20,000 bases of DNA from Basidioascus undulatus (lineage: Eukaryota). The translations under genes were made by a program, and so were the position numbers. This document shows, piece by piece, positions 19,596-20,000 of this stretch. Within the stretch, counting starts at the first letter, position 1; each line of letters starts with the position of its first letter. The stretch is taken from positions 48,650 to 68,649 of the forward strand of contig JTLS01000008.1 of the NCBI GenBank assembly GCA_000826855.1. The letters run 5' to 3'. The notes beneath the pieces are model-generated. The model saw only the letters and a list, made by a program, of their open reading frames with translations. It was not told where the DNA came from and made no database searches.

Positions 19596-20000
19596 ATGTC
19601 CGCCAGCAACACGACTTCTGCAAACTCCCTAGCCGACTCGGGCTTTGTGATCACTGGCGGGATCCCGACAACGTAGACATCGCGCCTACTGCGGTGTTTC
19701 TCCTCGCGTACCTCCTCCTGCTTCCCGTCCTCGTCTGGCGCCTAGCGAGCAAAGCGAGCCGAACTATTATCCTCTTGCGCCCGGTGATACTGGTGCTGGC
19801 GAGGCTGGTGACTTGGGGAATCAGGTGCCTACATATGCACATAGATTCGAGGCGGTGGGCTCACGTTTGCGCAAAACAGGATCGCGATGTGCAAAGGAAA
19901 CTACGACACAGGCTTGTTCGTTGCCGAGCAAGTCCTTCTGCTCATTCGTTTCCTCTTCTTTGTCAATCTCTTCCAAAATCAAGACCCCCCACCTCACCCC
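19596..20000 (+). pseudogene. Fungal multi-pass membrane protein gene (DUF3112/RTA1-like N-terminus), 5' part, with an early frameshift; intron 19825-19879
   Basis: MSASNTTSANSLADSGFVITGGIPTT* stops at 19674-19676. A 1-nt shift continues VDIAPTAVFLLAYLLLLPVLVWRLASKASRTIILLRPVILVLARLVTWGIR|IAMCKGNYDTGLFVAEQVLLL, with three hydrophobic segments and the GG.P...D.AP...F pattern. The family assignment is from memory. Confidence 0.65.

Overview
GC-rich, intron-rich eukaryotic DNA, most consistent with a basidiomycete fungus (short GT-AG introns with CTRAY branch points). No prokaryotic features, CRISPR array, rRNA or tRNA were seen. Five genes look intact after manual splicing: BFR1-like (-, runs off the left edge), ORC2 (-), a peroxisomal BioF/8-amino-7-oxononanoate synthase (+, head-to-head with ORC2), the phosphorelay HPt YPD1 (+) and ribosomal protein RPL39 (+, missed by the ORF track). 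Decayed sequence lies between them: a PNGase A pseudogene, a possible integrase-core relic, a 5'-truncated CpG-deaminated LINE, unassigned spliced fragments and a frameshifted membrane-protein gene at the right edge. The most intriguing signal is at the RNA level in RPL39. Intron 1 has a distant branch point, a 248-nt AG-free zone and a wobble-rich hairpin whose 5' arm can alternatively pair with intron 2 across exon 2, a candidate splicing switch. All assignments come from motif recognition by eye; no database search or folding program was run.
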